A DNA stretch of 48,156 nt from Candidatus Eiseniibacteriota bacterium (GTDB taxonomy: Bacteria; Eisenbacteria; RBG-16-71-46): contig JANMQY010000145.1 in NCBI GenBank assembly GCA_031370785.1, positions 1-48,156 of the forward strand, in the 5' to 3' direction. The notes under the pieces are model-generated. The model was given only the letters and a program-made list of their open reading frames with translations. It ran no database searches and was not told the origin of the DNA. Position 1 is the first letter of the stretch. The number at the start of each line of letters is the position of its first letter. The translations under genes were made by a program, and so were the position numbers. Of the stretch, positions 44,952 through 48,156 are shown in pieces.

Positions 44952-46658
44952 ATGCATTGTGTGGGGAAGGTATGCCGTTCCGCTTTTCGGTTCTCGTCTC
45001 TCGTAGCAGGAATACTGCTTCTCAATGCAGGTGCGCTGCCCCCCGCAGTGCAAGCCGCATCCCCGATGGTGATCAGCCAGGTCTACGGTGGCGGCGGTAA
45101 CGCCGGAGCGCCGTACCACAACGACTACATCGAGATCTTCAATCGCGGCAGCGTCGCGGTCGATGTCACTGGCTGGTCGGTGCAGTACGCCGCCGCGGCC
45201 AGCGGCAGCTGGTCGGCGACGGCGCTGTCGGGTGTGATCCCCGCCGGCGGCTACTACCTCGTGCAGGAGGTTGCGGGTGCGGGCGGAGGTGCGAGCCTGC
45301 CGACTCCTGACGCAACCGGCAGTATCAGCATGAACGCGACGATGGGAAAGGTGGCGCTGGTCAGCAGCATTACGATTCTGACCGGCACCTGCCCGACGGG
45401 CGGCGGCATCGAGGACCTGGTCGGATATGGTGCGGCGAACTGCTCGGAGACCTCACCGACCGGATCGCTGAGCAATACCAACGCGGGCATTCGCAACTCC
45501 GAAGGCTGCGAGGACACCGACAGCAACCTCGCTGACTTCACTGCTGCCGCCCCGCTACCGCGAAACAGCGCGTCGGCGCTTCACTCGTGTCAACACGTCA
45601 TCGGCATCACGGTGGATCCGTTGGGAAGTGGAAGCGTGGCGATTGTGCCGGACCAGCCGTCCTACACGCACGGGAGCAGCGTGCAGCTCACCGCGACACC
45701 GACGCTCGGCAACCACTTCGTAAACTGGACGGGCGATGTGATCGGTTCGACCAATCCGGTGTCGTTGCTGATGAACGGCGACAAATCGGTGGTCGCCCAC
45801 TTCGCGACCAACGGCCCGGCCAGTCTCGTCGTCATCAGCCAGATCTATGGTGGCGGCGGCAACACCGGAGCGCCCTACCACAACGATTATATCGAGCTCT
45901 ACAACCGTGGAAATGTCGATGTCGACATCACGGGATGGTCGGTGCAGTACGCAGCGAACACCGGCGACACCTGGTTCTCGACCAACCTGATCGGGGTGAT
46001 CGCCCCCGGCAAGTACTTCCTGATCCAGGAAAGGGAGGGTGCGGGGGGCGGCGCGAGCCTGCCGGCGCCCGATATGATCGGCGACATCGCGGTGAGCGCC
46101 ATCACCGGCAAGGTCGTGCTGGTGGACAATACCGTGCTTCTGATCGGCGGCTGCCCGAGCGGCGGCGGAGTAAGGGATTTCGTCGGCTATGGTGCGACGG
46201 ACTGCTCGGAGACTTCGCCCACCGCGGGACTCGACAATCTCACTGCCGCCTTCCGGAACAGCGGCGGCTGCGATGACACCGAGAACAATCTGCTCGACTT
46301 CTCGTCGGCAGCTTCCGCACCGCGCAACAGCTCCACGCCGTTCAACATGTGCGCCGTCTGGGTAGAGGTGGGGGACCGCATCAGCGAGTTCTCGCTCGAA
46401 AACGCGGTGCCCAACCCGGTGAGCGGGGCGCTGCGCGTCCGGTATGCACTGGCGCGCGAGGCCAGGATTCGGCTCGAGGTGCTCGACATCCAGGGCCGAG
46501 TGGTGGCGACACTGGCGAATGGCACGTTCCCGCCGGGTCGGCGCGAGGCCACCTGGACCGGAGCCGCGAGCGGCGGCATGGCGAGGTCGGGCATGTATTT
46601 CATTCGGCTGCAAGTGCCGGGAACGTCGTTCGTGCGGAGAGTCGCCGTGACGAGATAG
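44952..46658 (+). CDS. Secreted protein with two lamin-tail domains, an InlB-B-like repeat and a C-terminal FlgD-Ig/T9SS-like domain
   Basis: Two copies of VISQ(V/I)YGGGGN.GAPYHNDYIE..NRG...TGWSVQYA; central Y.HGSSVQLTATP..G.HF.NWTGD; C-terminal PNP...DIQGR.V...SGMYFIRL; AAGGAG RBS. Confidence 0.85.
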   Translation: MHCVGKVCRSAFRFSSLVAGILLLNAGALPPAVQAASPMVISQVYGGGGNAGAPYHNDYIEIFNRGSVAVDVTGWSVQYAAAASGSWSATALSGVIPAGGYYLVQEVAGAGGGASLPTPDATGSISMNATMGKVALVSSITILTGTCPTGGGIEDLVGYGAANCSETSPTGSLSNTNAGIRNSEGCEDTDSNLADFTAAAPLPRNSASALHSCQHVIGITVDPLGSGSVAIVPDQPSYTHGSSVQLTATPTLGNHFVNWTGDVIGSTNPVSLLMNGDKSVVAHFATNGPASLVVISQIYGGGGNTGAPYHNDYIELYNRGNVDVDITGWSVQYAANTGDTWFSTNLIGVIAPGKYFLIQEREGAGGGASLPAPDMIGDIAVSAITGKVVLVDNTVLLIGGCPSGGGVRDFVGYGATDCSETSPTAGLDNLTAAFRNSGGCDDTENNLLDFSSAASAPRNSSTPFNMCAVWVEVGDRISEFSLENAVPNPVSGALRVRYALAREARIRLEVLDIQGRVVATLANGTFPPGRREATWTGAASGGMARSGMYFIRLQVPGTSFVRRVAVTR

Positions 46659-46811
46659 TCTCGGCCGAGTCGGACTCGATCGACAGGTAGCGCACCGGGG
46701 CCACTCCGATTGGAGCGGCCCCCTGCGCTCTTGTGGAGTTTCGAACGAACTGAGACGCCGAGACGGCCTCACGGGTGGACATCGCCGCTGCGATGCGCGA
46801 ACCTCGCGACC

Positions 46812-47945
46812 ATGGCCCCCATGCTCATCGGGATCGCGGGTGTCGCACTGGGTCTGGCGATCCTGTGGGATGCGATCGAAACCGTTCTCGTCCCGCGCCG
46901 GATCGGGCGCCGGATCCGGCTCACCCGATATTTCTACGTCGTCACGTGGTACGTGTGGCGCGCGATCGCACGCGCGATCCAGAAGCCGTCGCGGCGCGAG
47001 GCACTGCTCGGCTTCTACGGGCCGCTCTCACTCATACTCCTTCTGGTGTGCTGGGCCACGGGCCTGATCGTGGCCTACGCCCTCATGCATCTCGCTGCGA
47101 CCGCGCATGAAGGGCTGAACCTGGAGCGCTTCCGCACGATGCTCTACCTGAGCGGAGAGACGTTCTTCACCCTCGGCTTTGGGGATATCACGCCCACCAC
47201 CGAGCTGACGCGTTGGCTCTCGGTGCTCGAGGCGGGGATGGGATTCGCCTTCCTCGGAACGGTAGTCGGATACCTGCCGACGATGTACTCGTCGTTTTCA
47301 CAAAGGGAGATCGAGATCTCCCTGCTCGATGCGCGGGCGGGTTCCCCGCCGACCGCTGCCGAGTGCCTGAGCCGCATGCCCGCGTTCGGCGAGCGCGCGT
47401 TGAGCGAGGATATCCTGCGCGGCTGGGAGCGCTGGTCGGCGCAGCTGCTCGAGACCCATATCTCCTATCCGCAGCTTGCCTACTACCGATCGCAGCACAG
47501 CAACCAGTCATGGCTCGGGGCGCTCACCGCGATCCTCGACTCCTCGGCGCTCATCCTGGCGCGGCGCGAAGCCCAGTCCGCCCATCAGGCCCAGCTCACG
47601 TTCGCGATGGCTCGCCATGCGCTGGTCGACATCACGCACATCTTCGTGCCGCGCTTCAGGCCCGGAGCGGCCGATCGACTGACGGCCGAGGAATTGCGGC
47701 GACTGCGCGCGCACCTTTCAGGCACGCCGGTCAGCCTGCCGGCTTCGGAGGAATTCGAGAAGCTCCTGACCGAGCTCAGGCGCCTGTACGAGCCGTACGC
47801 ACAGGTGCTGGCCCAGCATCTGCTGATCGAGCTTCCGCCCTGGATTCACGCGAAGACGCGCCCGGACAACTGGCGCGGCGGGCCGTGGGACCGGATGCTG
47901 AGCGCGAGAGCGGCTGCCGCGCTCCCCGGCGACGAGCACTTCTAG
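46812..47945 (+). CDS. Potassium channel family protein (ion transport 2)
   Basis: Pore/selectivity motif YLSGETFFTLGFGDITP between TM helices; cytoplasmic tail with ETH.SYP.L.YYRS. Confidence 0.85.
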   Translation: MAPMLIGIAGVALGLAILWDAIETVLVPRRIGRRIRLTRYFYVVTWYVWRAIARAIQKPSRREALLGFYGPLSLILLLVCWATGLIVAYALMHLAATAHEGLNLERFRTMLYLSGETFFTLGFGDITPTTELTRWLSVLEAGMGFAFLGTVVGYLPTMYSSFSQREIEISLLDARAGSPPTAAECLSRMPAFGERALSEDILRGWERWSAQLLETHISYPQLAYYRSQHSNQSWLGALTAILDSSALILARREAQSAHQAQLTFAMARHALVDITHIFVPRFRPGAADRLTAEELRRLRAHLSGTPVSLPASEEFEKLLTELRRLYEPYAQVLAQHLLIELPPWIHAKTRPDNWRGGPWDRMLSARAAAALPGDEHF

Positions 47946-47972
47946 GCATCTTCCGGATCGCGCCGCCGCCGA

Positions 47973-48155
47973 CTAGAACTTGGAGTGCCTGGCGACCACC
48001 ACCGCGTCGAGTGCAATCAGCTGCAGGCGACCGTTCAGGGCCGGACCGGAGGCGGGTCCATGCAGCGACGTGGTCGCGGTGAGGCGCACCTTCTTGCCTG
48101 CGAACAGCTGAGCCACGCGTGAGTCGCCGTCCACCGTGACCCGCACGGTGTCGGT
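47973..48155 (-). CDS. C-terminal end of a hypothetical protein (truncated by window edge)
   Basis: Open frame TDTVRVTVDGDSRVAQLFAGKKVRLT...VVARHSKF* with coding-like GC3. Confidence 0.55.
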   Translation of the reverse strand, partial: TDTVRVTVDGDSRVAQLFAGKKVRLTATTSLHGPASGPALNGRLQLIALDAVVVARHSKF

Positions 48156-48156
48156 C

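Overview
GC-rich (roughly 70% by eye) bacterial chromosomal window with no rRNA, tRNA, CRISPR array or intact mobile element that I could see. Three secreted proteins ending in an FlgD-Ig/T9SS-like C-terminal domain suggest an FCB-related candidate phylum such as Ca. Eisenbacteria (inference only). Recognisable genes are miaB, queF, aceB-aceA, two S8 subtilases (one ~2040 aa with a triplicated module), two SpoIIE/PP2C proteins (one catalytically degenerate), a GH20 hexosaminidase, a type III PKS plus ICMT methyltransferase pair, ThrE plus a Ser/Thr dehydratase, two di-haem cytochromes c flanking an MMPL transporter, DUF1460, and several decayed genes. Two things stand out. (1) A translationally coupled five-gene operon at 31831-37026 (GNAT, ThiF, multi-TM protein, YghO-like GNAT, nitroreductase) looks like a split, expanded OxzA/OxzB-type N-acyl-amino-acid/oxazolone pathway. 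(2) Five intergenic sigma-28 (FliA/WhiG)-type promoters (TCAAG-like-N14/15-GCCGATAA-like) all point into non-flagellar genes, including the glyoxylate shunt. All calls are from motif recognition by eye; no database searches were run.
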